In this document: positions 1 to 11,067 of the stretch, one piece after another
Layout: each line of letters begins with the position of its first letter
How positions within the stretch are numbered: position 1 is the first letter of the stretch
From: Chitinophagales bacterium
Lineage (GTDB): Bacteria > Bacteroidota > Bacteroidia > Chitinophagales > JADIYW01
Direction of reading: 5' to 3'
Assembly (NCBI GenBank): GCA_020636545.1
Contig: JACJXS010000015.1
Coordinates: 43,596-107,595 of the forward strand
DNA length: 64,000 nt
The notes under the pieces: generated by a model
The model's input: only the letters and a program-made list of their open reading frames with translations
The model's database searches: none
What the model was told of the DNA's origin: nothing
Position numbers and translations under genes: made by a program

Positions 1-3000
1 ATCTCCATAATTATCCGTGGCATTCCATCTATAATCAGTTATGTTTGTTCCAATATGCAGCGTACCTAATTCATCTTGAGTAATTTCTTTTACAACTTTT
101 CCACTTTGACTGAATATTTGAATAAGGATATTGTTTGGTACTTCACTTCCAGTAATGGTAAATACAAATTGGGTAGAAGTGGAAAATGGATTTGGATAAT
201 TTAAAACATTAGAAATTGAAGGTTTCGAATCAACTTTAAACTTAATTCGATATTCATACTTTCCAGCATCATTATTACTTCTATCTATACCTTGTACTCT
301 TATTTCATATAAGCCATCAGGTAGTGTTGGTTTGAATATTAATTTAGCTTCATTGATTTTCTCTAAATTAGAAGAATCTGCAGGTATAAATACAACATCA
401 GGATTTGAATTAGAGATTAAAACTGGAACTGTTGGGTTGTTTGGATAATACATATAAATCAAAAATGCAGAAGTATCATTTAATGCAAGATTTTTATTCT
501 CATCTTTTAAACGGAAAAGAATCTCAGGTTTTGCAGAAATATATTCGCCATCGGTAATGTGTTTTCCATCAAAAGTAATATCCAATAATGGATTTATATT
601 ATCGCCAATTACATATACAAAAAACTCTGCGAAATTATTAAAGTGAAATTGTTCTATTTGGTCATTGTCTGGATTTGCTTCAATGATTATTTTATTTAAT
701 CCAGTATTGATTAGGTTATCAAATTTATGATCAAAATTAATAATAATATGTTGGTTGCCTGGTAGTTTTGCAAAACGTTGGTAGAATGTTTGAGCAAAAT
801 TTGCAGCATTAATAATTGTAAATTTAACCAATACACTATCCATATCTATTGGTGTTATATTTTGGAATGCAATAGAAGTTTGGAAATTCTTTCCAAATAA
901 AATGGTATCCGCAGATTTTGTAAAATAAAGACTTGGATTAATTACACCCTCTGGTGGTTTAGCATAAGTAATTCGCCAATAGTTAAGTTGCGGTGCAGTA
1001 GCATTTACTTTGTCTGAAGTTAGCCATTCTAATTGTAAAAATGGAAAGCGTTTAGCATCAATATTATTAATATTTGTTATTGGATCGGGAATATTATAGA
1101 ATAAATTATTTCGTATTCCTGCAGAATCAATTCCAACAATATTTACCAAACTTTGATCATAAGTAGGAGTTTCTAAACCATTCCACTTAAATTGTAAATC
1201 AGTCCATTCTTTTGCAGGTCCAATAATGGTAGATTGCATGGTGCCATTTACCCAATTCCCTGTAAAGTAAAAAGTGGTGTCAATTATGCCTTCATTAGCA
1301 TATCGTTTGATTTGTGTTGGTGTGTAATTTGGATTTCCTTTTTGTACAAAGAAAACAAAAGGAACATCGTCTTCTTGATTTCTAATTTGTGATACACCCA
1401 AATTTTCAAAGGCATCAAATAACGAAGAGCCACCTAGAGCAATATCACCATTCCACAAGGAATAACCAGCATTACGGAAGCTATAGCCCATTACAAATGC
1501 ATTATTAGGAATAGAGTTTAGAAAATTAATACATTTTTGTCTGTAATCAAATCCAGTTGAGGAATTAAGCCCAGTTGGAAATTCAATTACATTTACGGTA
1601 TATCCTCTTCCTACACAAACATTATCGCCATAAGGTCCAATATTTCCATTTCCTGTTTTGTAAGTACCCCAAGGTTTTCCTGTATTAATGTCAAAAACAA
1701 AGAAAATTAAACTTCTTCCTGCAGAACACCCATTTCTTGCTATCAAAAACTCATCAAAATATGCTTCTATTTGCTGCCCGGAAATGTATCCATTCTTTAC
1801 TCTTAAAGATCTTAATATATTTGGATATTGAAATATTCTTGTCGCTTCAGGTAACTCTATAGTATTGAATTGGTCTTTTTTATATTGGAAATAATGTGAT
1901 TGATTCCAGCCAGGAGAAAGAGAAGTATTGTATATAAATGAATTTCCATTCCATTGTAAGTTATTGTTATATATCGTATCTAATGCACCTCTCCAATAAT
2001 AAACTTTATCTTGTAGTAATTGAATATTAGGCTTCCAATCTATTACAGCACCAGGAGCATTAATATGTTCTGATATCAAAAGTGGACTATTAAAATATTC
2101 AGTTGTGTCTATCTGAAATATATATTGTCTGTTTCCTATAAAATTATCGGCTGTAGAAAATTTTAGTATAAAATTTGGGTCATTTACAATGCAAAATTCA
2201 TAAGGAAAAATTGGAATAATATCATCTGATGTTACGACTTGTGAAATTGAAACTTCATTATTAAGTTCTGAATATTCATCAATCATATCATTAGCATCAA
2301 TTTTTATTGTAAAGTTATTAATGCCAGAAACACTTGTCTTATTATTTTTAATGTAAACTGTTACGGTGTCATTCAAAACAGCACACGGAACATCTATGGT
2401 GTAATTTTCAGTTACTCCATTTGGTAAATTTCTTATTACTCGTACTGCATACTCACAATTTGGAACTGCATAACCAAGGTTTTTAACAACAATATTGATT
2501 GCAAATGAATCATTAGAAATACTTGGTGAAGTTGGATTAAATGATATACTAGAAGGATCAATGTAATAATCTGGTTTAGAGAAGGTGTTTAAACGTACTG
2601 CTGGGTCGCCATGATAAAGCATTTGTTCTGCCATACTTGGGTCTAGTGGTGTATAAGGCTGTCCAATGACTTGTTTTGCAGTTTCTTTAAGTATTGTTCC
2701 AATTGGTGCATTATAATTATCTAAACATAATTTATTGTAAAACTGAACTGCATAGTTATTTAGAATATTAGAATAGGCCAAATCATAAGGCCCTAAAAAA
2801 CCAATTGCTCCTTTATTGGGAGATAAAACAAATCGATGAGAATAGCCATATAAACCAGAAAATAAATTTCCGACAAAACAGCCATTGGTAAACATCATAT
2901 TGTATTTGCCACTATTGTGCAATATATCTGGATTTAAGTTGAAGTCAACATTTGATGTAGTTGAATGCCCAAAGAAAGTAATTAACGAAACGCCATTTGT

Positions 3001-4863
3001 GACCAATGAATCAACTAAAGCTGTTTCTGCAATTTGAAGTGGACTTGAACTATTTTTAAAGAAACTATAAACTTTTGCACCGTATTTTGGAGCCTCAGCG
3101 GTACTTTTATATCCATCTAAATAGGATTTGAAAATCAATTGTTCCATTTCACTATAACCACCACCTAAATGAATCATATTTTTTCTCCAAAGTTTATTAA
3201 TGGGTGTTTGTGCAGAGGGAATTGTGTCATTCAAATCTGCCTCATATTCTTTAACTTTTTCTAAGTAATCTCGAATCTGAATGCCATCAATTACATCTAA
3301 TCTTCCTACGCCAATTTGAGGCGTATTTTGAATCGCAGAGCGTGCAGTTAATAACATATCTGATGGTGGAAACCCATAAGTTTGTATATAATCGTTAGTG
3401 TTATTTCTTAAATTTTTATAATCTCTTCCTCTTCCTATTATAAATAAATGTTCAGGTTTTTCTGAAAAGTGATCCAATGCAAAATTGATGAAATTTCTTA
3501 TAGCTAATGGATGATGTGTTATGCCATAAGCAAATTGATCATCTAATTGTTGTATCATGTAGATTTGTGTATTGTATGCTCCACCTGCAATAGAATTTCT
3601 ATATTGTTTATATAATTCAACATGATTAATACTATCAGAGCTAGTAATTGCTTTTGAATTTGTAAGAATAATGTAATTTCCTTGCTTGCTTACATCTGAA
3701 TAATTTTCAAATTGTACAGCTTTTAAATTATTAATATTAGTAATTGAAGTGGTATTTTGAGCCGAAATATAAATATTGTTTTTAGGGAATGTTGTGGCAA
3801 CTAGGTTAATTTTTAAAATCGCTTCATTGTTTATTTCATACCGTTTATTGTTTGATAAATCATACACAATAGGATTGCTACTTTGAGAATTAAAACTAGG
3901 AATTTCAATATATACATTGTCTGTTTTGTCTATTCCAAATTCATATACTGAAGCATTAGAAGCATTAAAAGTTGCGGGATAGGTAATTTCTGAATATAAG
4001 GAGGAATAGGCACCTTCTCCAGTCAGCGTTGGAGAAACAGAAATATTTGTATTGTTATTTGTTAATTTTTTTACCGGAACAATAACATCAATTTTTCTTA
4101 CACTTTTCCCATAAAAAATATCGTTTAAGCTAAATGTATTTCCAATTTTTATTAAAGCATTATGATTAACATGTGAACTAGTATAATAATTTAATTTAAC
4201 ATGAGCTGTAAGTAAAGTATCTGCATTATATAAAAAGCTTGTAGCTTGTGAAAATCCGCCTCCTAAATTGCCACCATAACCTTCTCCGTTTCCAAAATCA
4301 GATTCAAAAACATCTGTATAATTAGTAGATTGAGGATAAGCGTTATTTCCATTTACTATGGTTGATACAAATTTTGATAAAGTTCTATATCCAAATAATT
4401 CCTTTGTTGGTGGAGCTGTTAAGTCGTTTGCTTCTGGTGTTAATCGAAGATTTGGACCATTCTCATCAATCGTTAAAAAATATACTGCAGAATCTTGAAA
4501 TAAACTTTTAGCAGTATGTGGTTGAAAATTAGGATCTTTATATAAATTGGTATCGAATGTTCCATCATTACCGTCACCTAAAAATTCTATAAAACTGGTA
4601 TTGTCAAATTGACCAGTTGTTGTAACATAAATTGGAACTTCCTTTCCATTTTTAAAAAGTTTAAAATAATTACCAACTAATAAGTTATTTGATATTCCAG
4701 CGTTTACTAGCGTATTGTAATCAATTCTACAAATCTTTTTATTTAAGACTTTAAATTTATAGTACGTTTTATTAAAATCTATCCATTCATTTCCATAAGG
4801 CTGTGCCTTTAGACTAAATATTAATCCTACAATAAAAAATAGATATAGGTTTATTTTTTTCAT
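1..4863 (-). CDS. Large secreted peptidase-C25 (gingipain-fold) protein, PorU-like T9SS sortase candidate. The C-terminus runs off the window start.
   Basis: Absent from the ORF track because there is no stop in the window. Hand translation from ATG 4863-4861 gives MKKINLYL..QPYGNEWIDFNKTYYKFKVLN and appears to stay open to base 1 (1621 codons, only spot-checked by hand). His/Cys dyad context TNGVSLITFFGHSTTSNVDF..(about 30 aa)..MMFTNGCFVGN at about 2870-3000. The last residues in the window, ..TDYRWNATDNYGD, resemble a FlgD-Ig/T9SS tail region. The start lies 1 nt after the stop of the PorV-like gene. Confidence 0.6.
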   Translation of the reverse strand, partial: MKKINLYLFFIVGLIFSLKAQPYGNEWIDFNKTYYKFKVLNKKICRIDYNTLVNAGISNNLLVGNYFKLFKNGKEVPIYVTTTGQFDNTSFIEFLGDGNDGTFDTNLYKDPNFQPHTAKSLFQDSAVYFLTIDENGPNLRLTPEANDLTAPPTKELFGYRTLSKFVSTIVNGNNAYPQSTNYTDVFESDFGNGEGYGGNLGGGFSQATSFLYNADTLLTAHVKLNYYTSSHVNHNALIKIGNTFSLNDIFYGKSVRKIDVIVPVKKLTNNNTNISVSPTLTGEGAYSSLYSEITYPATFNASNASVYEFGIDKTDNVYIEIPSFNSQSSNPIVYDLSNNKRYEINNEAILKINLVATTFPKNNIYISAQNTTSITNINNLKAVQFENYSDVSKQGNYIILTNSKAITSSDSINHVELYKQYRNSIAGGAYNTQIYMIQQLDDQFAYGITHHPLAIRNFINFALDHFSEKPEHLFIIGRGRDYKNLRNNTNDYIQTYGFPPSDMLLTARSAIQNTPQIGVGRLDVIDGIQIRDYLEKVKEYEADLNDTIPSAQTPINKLWRKNMIHLGGGYSEMEQLIFKSYLDGYKSTAEAPKYGAKVYSFFKNSSSPLQIAETALVDSLVTNGVSLITFFGHSTTSNVDFNLNPDILHNSGKYNMMFTNGCFVGNLFSGLYGYSHRFVLSPNKGAIGFLGPYDLAYSNILNNYAVQFYNKLCLDNYNAPIGTILKETAKQVIGQPYTPLDPSMAEQMLYHGDPAVRLNTFSKPDYYIDPSSISFNPTSPSISNDSFAINIVVKNLGYAVPNCEYAVRVIRNLPNGVTENYTIDVPCAVLNDTVTVYIKNNKTSVSGINNFTIKIDANDMIDEYSELNNEVSISQVVTSDDIIPIFPYEFCIVNDPNFILKFSTADNFIGNRQYIFQIDTTEYFNSPLLISEHINAPGAVIDWKPNIQLLQDKVYYWRGALDTIYNNNLQWNGNSFIYNTSLSPGWNQSHYFQYKKDQFNTIELPEATRIFQYPNILRSLRVKNGYISGQQIEAYFDEFLIARNGCSAGRSLIFFVFDINTGKPWGTYKTGNGNIGPYGDNVCVGRGYTVNVIEFPTGLNSSTGFDYRQKCINFLNSIPNNAFVMGYSFRNAGYSLWNGDIALGGSSLFDAFENLGVSQIRNQEDDVPFVFFVQKGNPNYTPTQIKRYANEGIIDTTFYFTGNWVNGTMQSTIIGPAKEWTDLQFKWNGLETPTYDQSLVNIVGIDSAGIRNNLFYNIPDPITNINNIDAKRFPFLQLEWLTSDKVNATAPQLNYWRITYAKPPEGVINPSLYFTKSADTILFGKNFQTSIAFQNITPIDMDSVLVKFTIINAANFAQTFYQRFAKLPGNQHIIINFDHKFDNLINTGLNKIIIEANPDNDQIEQFHFNNFAEFFVYVIGDNINPLLDITFDGKHITDGEYISAKPEILFRLKDENKNLALNDTSAFLIYMYYPNNPTVPVLISNSNPDVVFIPADSSNLEKINEAKLIFKPTLPDGLYEIRVQGIDRSNNDAGKYEYRIKFKVDSKPSISNVLNYPNPFSTSTQFVFTITGSEVPNNILIQIFSQSGKVVKEITQDELGTLHIGTNITDYRWNATDNYGD

Positions 4864-4864
4864 A

Positions 4865-5998
4865 TTACTGGTTGTTTTCATTAATAATAGGTTGTTCAGG
4901 GCTTCCTATTAGTTCGTTACTACTTTTTGCTTTTCTTTTATTAAAACCAATTTTAGCTGAAATTACATGTGAATATTGATTGTTAGATGCTTTTCCTACA
5001 TCTGTATAAGCATAATCTACGGCAATGGTCTTAAATCGCAAACCAACACCCAAATTTGGTTGTACAGTCATTTTAGCTTTTGATTGACCATCGGCTTTCA
5101 TTTTTTGGAAATTACTAACTCCTGCTCTTAAATAAAATATTTTAAAGAATCCAGCTTCAATTCCAATTCGTGGGTCAAAACTCAAGCTATTTGTCCCGAT
5201 TAGCGTATTTCTTCTTCCATCAGTAGTAATTTCCCAGTCCATTTCAGCAGTTAATTCAGCTTTTTTAAATACTTTAGTATAGGCAGCACCAAATTGTATT
5301 CTAGGAAGTGTGATTTCTAATGAGTTTTTTGGAATAACATTCTCTTCTTGTTGTAAAATTTCTTTTTCTCTATCTGTAAATGAATAAGACCAAGCATTAA
5401 AAGTAGTTGTTATATCTTTAACAGTCAATCCAATACGCCAATCTTTAATGGTATAAATCGCTCCAACATCAATTCCGAATCCCCAAGCATTGGCAAATTT
5501 TCCTGCTTTTCTATAAATGACTTTAGCAGTTGCTCCCACAGATAAATTTTTTACCATAGCATTTGCATAACTAAACATAAATCCATAATCACCAACAGAA
5601 AATGATTTAATATTATCATAGTTTATCGTTCCATCAGGTTCTAACAAATCTAAAGTGTTAGGAATATCATCTACACCGAACCGTAAAAAACTTGCTCCAA
5701 ATGCATGTTTGTTACTATCTAAGGGAACTGCAAAAGAAAAATAATCATATTTGGCAATACTAGCAAAATATTCATTATGCATAAAAGACATTTGAAATTT
5801 GTTAGGAATTTTTGTTAATCCTGCTGGATTCCAATAGCCTGCTGTAACGTCATTAGTTGATGCTACAACAGCATTTCCCATTCCGAAGTTGTTTGCTCCA
5901 ACACCAATATACATAAAGTCATTACTGTATTTAGGAGCTTCAGCAAAAAGCATTCCGCCAAAAGAAAAAGTGAATAGCAACAAAATCAGATTACGCAT
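4865..5998 (-). CDS. PorV/PorQ-family outer-membrane beta-barrel protein (T9SS shuttle-like)
   Basis: Signal peptide MRNLILLLFTFSFGGMLFA. The motif VGANNFGMGNAVVASTNDVTAGYWNPAGL is typical of the PorV/PorQ (FadL-like) family. The C-terminal half has an alternating beta-strand pattern. The gene is coupled to a C25 peptidase gene. Confidence 0.6.
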   Translation of the reverse strand: MRNLILLLFTFSFGGMLFAEAPKYSNDFMYIGVGANNFGMGNAVVASTNDVTAGYWNPAGLTKIPNKFQMSFMHNEYFASIAKYDYFSFAVPLDSNKHAFGASFLRFGVDDIPNTLDLLEPDGTINYDNIKSFSVGDYGFMFSYANAMVKNLSVGATAKVIYRKAGKFANAWGFGIDVGAIYTIKDWRIGLTVKDITTTFNAWSYSFTDREKEILQQEENVIPKNSLEITLPRIQFGAAYTKVFKKAELTAEMDWEITTDGRRNTLIGTNSLSFDPRIGIEAGFFKIFYLRAGVSNFQKMKADGQSKAKMTVQPNLGVGLRFKTIAVDYAYTDVGKASNNQYSHVISAKIGFNKRKAKSSNELIGSPEQPIINENNQ

Positions 5999-6100
5999 AA
6001 GTTCAATAATAATTTAAATTATTGTAAATTTACCAAAATACTTGAATAGTAAAAGGTTTTTAATAAATTAAAATGCAATTTTTGTAAAAAAAATGATAAT

Positions 6101-7399
6101 ATGAGAAATATTGTAGAAGAATTAAGTTGGAGAGGATTAGTACATAACATTATTGATGGAACAGAAGAACAGTTGATAAAAGAATCAACCACGGCTTATA
6201 TTGGATTTGACCCAACATCAGACTCTTTACATATTGGAAGTTTAGTACCGATTATATTATTAGTACATCTGAAAAACTATGGACATCAGCCTATAGCTTT
6301 AGTGGGTGGAGCAACTGGAATGATAGGTGATCCATCTGGAAAATCTGATGAACGAAATTTATTAACGGAAGAAATTTTAGATAAAAATGTTGCTGGTATA
6401 AAACGTGTGCTTTCTCGTTTTTTAGATTTTAATTCTACAGATACAAATGCTCCAATTATGGTAAATAACTATGATTGGATGAAAGATTTTTCTTTTATTG
6501 CATTTGCTCGCGATGTCGGAAAAAGAATTACTGTAAATTATATGATGGCTAAAGATTCAGTGAAAAAACGTTTTTCTGGAGATGGCCCTGGAATGTCATT
6601 TACAGAATTTACTTATCAATTAATTCAAGGTTACGACTTTTACCACTTATATAAAAACTACAATTGTGTTTTACAAATGGGCGGCTCAGACCAATGGGGA
6701 AATATTACAACAGGTACGGAACTTGTGAGAAGAATGAGCGATGAAGAAGCTAAAGCTTATGCACTAACTTGTCCTTTGGTAACAAAAGCTGATGGTACAA
6801 AGTTTGGAAAATCAGAAGGCGGAAATATTTGGTTAGATGCCAATAAAACTTCGGTATATAAATTTTATCAATACTGGATAAATACTTCAGATATTGATGC
6901 AGAAAAATATATTAAGATTTTTACCTTCTTAGATAAATCAACTATTGATATTTTGATATCAGAACATCAACAAGCACCACATTTAAGATTATTACAAAAA
7001 CGATTGGCTGAAGAGATAACGACTTTTGTGCATTCAAAAGAGGAATTGGATAAAGCTATTGAAGCTTCTAATATATTATTTGGAAAATCTACAAAAGACC
7101 AGTTGCAAAAATTAAATAACGAACAGATTATTGATGTTTTTGAAGGTGTACCTACTTATACCATTGTTAAAGAAAAATTAGCGACAGGAATAGGAATTAT
7201 TGATATACTAAATGGAGAAACTAGTATTTTACCTTCAAAATCTGAAGCTAGAAAAATGATAAAAGCTGGAGGAATTCAAATCAATTTAGAAAAATTGGAC
7301 GATGAACAATCTATATTAAACCTAAGTGATTTAATCAATGAAAAATATATCGTAATCAGAAAAGGTAAAAAAGAATATAATTTAATTCAAGTAGAATAA
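6101..7399 (+). CDS. tyrS: Tyrosine--tRNA ligase
   Basis: Class I HIGH-type motif (SLHIGSL), KMSKS-type KFGKS, and a C-terminal S4-like RNA-binding domain. 432 aa. Confidence 0.93.
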   Translation: MRNIVEELSWRGLVHNIIDGTEEQLIKESTTAYIGFDPTSDSLHIGSLVPIILLVHLKNYGHQPIALVGGATGMIGDPSGKSDERNLLTEEILDKNVAGIKRVLSRFLDFNSTDTNAPIMVNNYDWMKDFSFIAFARDVGKRITVNYMMAKDSVKKRFSGDGPGMSFTEFTYQLIQGYDFYHLYKNYNCVLQMGGSDQWGNITTGTELVRRMSDEEAKAYALTCPLVTKADGTKFGKSEGGNIWLDANKTSVYKFYQYWINTSDIDAEKYIKIFTFLDKSTIDILISEHQQAPHLRLLQKRLAEEITTFVHSKEELDKAIEASNILFGKSTKDQLQKLNNEQIIDVFEGVPTYTIVKEKLATGIGIIDILNGETSILPSKSEARKMIKAGGIQINLEKLDDEQSILNLSDLINEKYIVIRKGKKEYNLIQVE

Positions 7400-7521
7400 T
7401 TTCAAAGGAGTTACTATTATATCATATTTATAATGAGATATATAGGATAAAAAATTGACGAAATTAAAAACTTAACTTGCATTTAACATTTATAACTATA
7501 CTACTATATTATATAATTAAC

Positions 7522-7529
7522 TATCTTTG
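7522..7529 (+). promoter_or_regulatory. Candidate Bacteroidota sigma-A -7 box (TAtcTTTG), distal promoter in the tyrS-rpsL spacer
   Basis: Exact match to the TAnnTTTG consensus, about 180 nt upstream of rpsL. Confidence 0.35.
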
Positions 7530-7649
7530 CACCACATTTAAGAGTTATTATTAATGATTAAATGTAAAAGTAGTGACTGTCTTCGGTCGGAAGGTAAGAC
7601 TACAAAACCAAAAATAACAAAAAAGAAACATTTTTTTTGTATTCACGTT

Positions 7650-7679
7650 TTGTATTCTTGCGGATAATGCCTACCTTTG
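7650..7679 (+). promoter_or_regulatory. Candidate rpsL (str operon) promoter: -33 TTG plus -7 TAccTTTG
   Basis: TTG at 7650-7652 and TAccTTTG at 7672-7679, 19 nt apart, about 28 nt upstream of the rpsL ATG. Confidence 0.5.
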
Positions 7680-7707
7680 CAGTCCAAAATATAAAAAAAT
7701 AGCAAGA

Positions 7708-8115
7708 ATGCCTACAATTCAACAATTAGTAAGAAAAGGAAGAGAGCAATTAGCATGGACATCTAAGTCTAAAGCACTTACTTCATGCCCACAAAGAAGA
7801 GGGGTTTGTACAAGAGTGTACACTACTACACCAAAGAAACCAAATTCAGCATTACGTAAAGTAGCAAAAGTGCGTTTAACAAATAAATATGAAGTTATCG
7901 CATATATTCCAGGTGAAGGACATAACTTACAAGAGCACTCTATTGTTTTAATTAGAGGAGGAAGGGTTAAAGATTTACCAGGGGTAAGGTACCATATCGT
8001 TAGAGGTGCTTTGGATACTGCAGGTGTTAATAATAGAAAGAAAAGTCGTTCTAAATACGGTACTAAAAAAGGTAAAGCAGGCGAAGCAGCACCAGTAAAA
8101 GGTAAGAAAAAATAA
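7708..8115 (+). CDS. rpsL: 30S ribosomal protein S12
   Basis: [12 protein letters not shown].. is a canonical S12 N-terminus. First gene of the str cluster. Confidence 0.97.
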   Translation: MPTIQQLVRKGREQLAWTSKSKALTSCPQRRGVCTRVYTTTPKKPNSALRKVAKVRLTNKYEVIAYIPGEGHNLQEHSIVLIRGGRVKDLPGVRYHIVRGALDTAGVNNRKKSRSKYGTKKGKAGEAAPVKGKKK

Positions 8116-8142
8116 TTAATTCAAATATTTCTATAATATAAG

Positions 8143-8610
8143 ATGAGAAAGCAAAGAGCAAAGAAAAGATATTTAGCACCGGATCCAATCTATAATGATA
8201 CGGTAGTTACACGTTTTGTGAATACTATTATGTTGGATGGAAAAAAATCTATCGCTTATACAGTTTTTTATGAAGCAATGGATAAAATTAAAGCAAGCAC
8301 TGGAGAGGAAGGTTATGATATCTGGAAAAAAGCTATGGATAATGTAATGCCAGCGATTGAAGTTAGAAGTAGAAGAATCGGCGGTGCAACATTTCAAATT
8401 CCAACACCAATCAGAGAAGATAGAAAAATGTTCTTAATGATGAAGTGGTTGGTGAATTTTGCAAGAAAAAGAAACGGAAAATCAATGGGTGATAAATTAG
8501 CAGCTGAATTAATAGCAGCTTCTAAAGGTGAAGGTTCATCTGTAAAAAGAAAAGAAGATATGCATAAAATGGCTGAAGCTAATAAGGCATTCTCTCACTT
8601 TAAAGTTTAA
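8143..8610 (+). CDS. rpsG: 30S ribosomal protein S7
   Basis: S7 sequence, positioned after rpsL. Confidence 0.97.
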   Translation: MRKQRAKKRYLAPDPIYNDTVVTRFVNTIMLDGKKSIAYTVFYEAMDKIKASTGEEGYDIWKKAMDNVMPAIEVRSRRIGGATFQIPTPIREDRKMFLMMKWLVNFARKRNGKSMGDKLAAELIAASKGEGSSVKRKEDMHKMAEANKAFSHFKV

Positions 8611-8646
8611 TTTAAAAATAAAAGAAAAAATAATACGAAAGATTAA

Positions 8647-10752
8647 ATGGCTCGCGATTTAAAATATACAAGAAACATTGGTATTGCAGCACACATTGAT
8701 GCAGGTAAGACAACTACAACAGAACGTATTCTTTTCTATTCTGGTGTGAATCATAAACTTGGAGAAACTCACGAAGGTTCTGCAACAACTGACTGGATGG
8801 CACAAGAGCAAGAAAGAGGTATTACTATTACGTCTGCTGCTGTAACTATTGGTTGGAAATATAGAAATGATAATTACCATGTAAACATTATTGATACTCC
8901 AGGTCACGTTGACTTCACAGTTGAGGTAAATCGTTCATTAAGAGTGTTAGATGGTTTAGTGTTCTTATTCTCTGCTGTTGATGGTGTTGAGCCTCAATCT
9001 GAAACTAACTGGCGTTTAGCTAATAACTATAATGTTGCTCGTTTGGGCTTCGTTAATAAAATGGATAGACAAGGTGCTGACTTCTTAAATGTTGTTGGTC
9101 AAGTAAAATCAATGTTAGGAAGTAATGCAGTTCCATTACAATTACCAATTGGTGCAGAGGATGATTTCAAAGGTGTAGTTGATTTAATTAACTTCCGAGG
9201 AATGGTTTGGAATACAGAGGATTATGGTATGACTTATGAAGTTGTTGATATTCCAGCTGATATGCTTGAAGAAGCGACTGAATATAGAGAAAAATTATTA
9301 GAAGCTGTTTCTGAATACGATGAAAAATTGATGGAAAAATATTTTGAAGATCCATCTTCTATCACAGAAAGAGAAATTTTGGATGCATTAAGAGCAGCTA
9401 CAATTGATGGTTCTATTGTTCCTATGGTTTGTGGTTCATCTTTTAGAAATAAAGGGGTACAAACTATGTTGGATTTAGTAATGGAAATATTACCAAGTCC
9501 ATTAGATAAGGAAAATATCAATGGAACTGATCCAAAGACAGATGCTCCAATTTCTAGAAAACCAAGTTATGATGAGCCTTTCACTGCTTTAGCATTTAAA
9601 ATTGCTACTGACCCTTATGTTGGACGTTTAGCATTTACTAGAGCTTATGCTGGTGTATTAGAAGCTGGTTCTTATGTATTAAATACAAGAAGTGGAAATA
9701 AAGAACGTATCTCTCGTATTTTCCAAATGCATGCAAATAAACAAAATCCAATTGAAAGATTAGGTGCAGGAGATATTGGAGCAGTTGTAGGTTTTAAAGA
9801 TATTAGAACTGGAGATACTTTATGTGATGAGAAAGCTCCAATCATATTAGAATCTATGAAATTTCCTGATCCAGTAATTGGTTTGGCAATTGAGCCTAAA
9901 ACTCAAAAAGATGCTGATAAATTAGGTATGGCTTTGGGAAAATTAGCTGAAGAAGATCCAACTTTTAAAGTTAGATATGATGAGGATACTGCTCAAACTG
10001 TAATTAGTGGTATGGGTGAATTACACTTAGAAATCATCGTAGATAGATTATTACGAGAGTTCAAAGTGGAATGTAATCAAGGTGCTCCTCAAGTAAATTA
10101 TAAAGAAACAATTACGCAGTCTGTAAATCACAGAGAGAAATATGCTAAACAATCTGGTGGTAGAGGTAAATTTGCTGATATCGCTGTTGAGGTTGGACCA
10201 GGTGCTGAAGATAAAGAAGGTTTAGAATTTATTAATGATATTTTCGGTGGTGCTGTACCTAGAGAATTTATCCCTTCTGTAGAAAAAGGATTTAAAGAAG
10301 CTATGAAAACGGGTGTTCTTGCAGGTTATGAAGTACCTTCTTTAAAAGTAAGATTACATGATGGTTCATTCCACCAAGTGGATTCAGATTCATTCTCTTT
10401 TGAGCAAGCTGCTAAATTTGCTTTTAGAGAAGCATGTAGAAAAGCTAATCCTATTTTATTAGAACCTATTATGAAACTGGAAGTTATTACTCCAGAAGAA
10501 AATACAGGTGATGTTGTAGGAGATTTGAACAGAAGAAGAGGTATGATGGAAGGTATGGAAATGAAAAATAATGCTAACGTAATTAAAGCTAAAGTTCCTT
10601 TGAGTGAAATGTTTGGTTATGTTACTGATTTAAGAACAATTACATCAGGAAGAGCTACATCTATTATGGAGTTCTCGCATTATGCACAAGCTCCAAACAA
10701 TATTACAGAACAAGTAATTGCAAAAGTTAAAAGTAAAGTAAAAGCAGATTAA
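8647..10752 (+). CDS. fusA: Elongation factor G
   Basis: GTPase motifs AHIDAGKTT and DTPGHVDF. 701 aa, in the expected str-operon position. Confidence 0.97.
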   Translation: MARDLKYTRNIGIAAHIDAGKTTTTERILFYSGVNHKLGETHEGSATTDWMAQEQERGITITSAAVTIGWKYRNDNYHVNIIDTPGHVDFTVEVNRSLRVLDGLVFLFSAVDGVEPQSETNWRLANNYNVARLGFVNKMDRQGADFLNVVGQVKSMLGSNAVPLQLPIGAEDDFKGVVDLINFRGMVWNTEDYGMTYEVVDIPADMLEEATEYREKLLEAVSEYDEKLMEKYFEDPSSITEREILDALRAATIDGSIVPMVCGSSFRNKGVQTMLDLVMEILPSPLDKENINGTDPKTDAPISRKPSYDEPFTALAFKIATDPYVGRLAFTRAYAGVLEAGSYVLNTRSGNKERISRIFQMHANKQNPIERLGAGDIGAVVGFKDIRTGDTLCDEKAPIILESMKFPDPVIGLAIEPKTQKDADKLGMALGKLAEEDPTFKVRYDEDTAQTVISGMGELHLEIIVDRLLREFKVECNQGAPQVNYKETITQSVNHREKYAKQSGGRGKFADIAVEVGPGAEDKEGLEFINDIFGGAVPREFIPSVEKGFKEAMKTGVLAGYEVPSLKVRLHDGSFHQVDSDSFSFEQAAKFAFREACRKANPILLEPIMKLEVITPEENTGDVVGDLNRRRGMMEGMEMKNNANVIKAKVPLSEMFGYVTDLRTITSGRATSIMEFSHYAQAPNNITEQVIAKVKSKVKAD

Positions 10753-10756
10753 TATT

Positions 10757-11062
10757 ATGACACAACGTATCAGAATAAAATTAAAATCTTACGATCATAA
10801 TCTGATTGATAAATCAGCAGAAAAAATCGTTAAAACAGTTAAAAATGCTGGTGCAGTAGTTACAGGACCAATTCCTTTACCTACAAACCAAAAAATATTT
10901 ACAGTATTGCGTTCTCCACACGTTAATAAAACAGCAAGAGAACAATATAGATTAAATACTTATAAGAGATTGTTAGATATTTATAGTGCAACACCAAAAA
11001 CTGTTGATGCTCTAATGAAATTAGAATTACCAAGTGGTGTTGATGTAGAAATTAAAGGTTAA
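10757..11062 (+). CDS. rpsJ: 30S ribosomal protein S10
   Basis: [14 protein letters not shown] matches S10. It directly follows fusA; no tuf here, which I believe is common in Bacteroidota. Confidence 0.97.
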   Translation: MTQRIRIKLKSYDHNLIDKSAEKIVKTVKNAGAVVTGPIPLPTNQKIFTVLRSPHVNKTAREQYRLNTYKRLLDIYSATPKTVDALMKLELPSGVDVEIKG

Positions 11063-11067
11063 TTGAA

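Noticed and set aside
7400-7700. A possible tRNA, SRP RNA or other known ncRNA in the tyrS-rpsL spacer
   Set aside because: I could see no cloverleaf and no conserved SRP, RNase P or tmRNA motifs. Only a short hairpin is present; it is reported as a low-interest finding instead.
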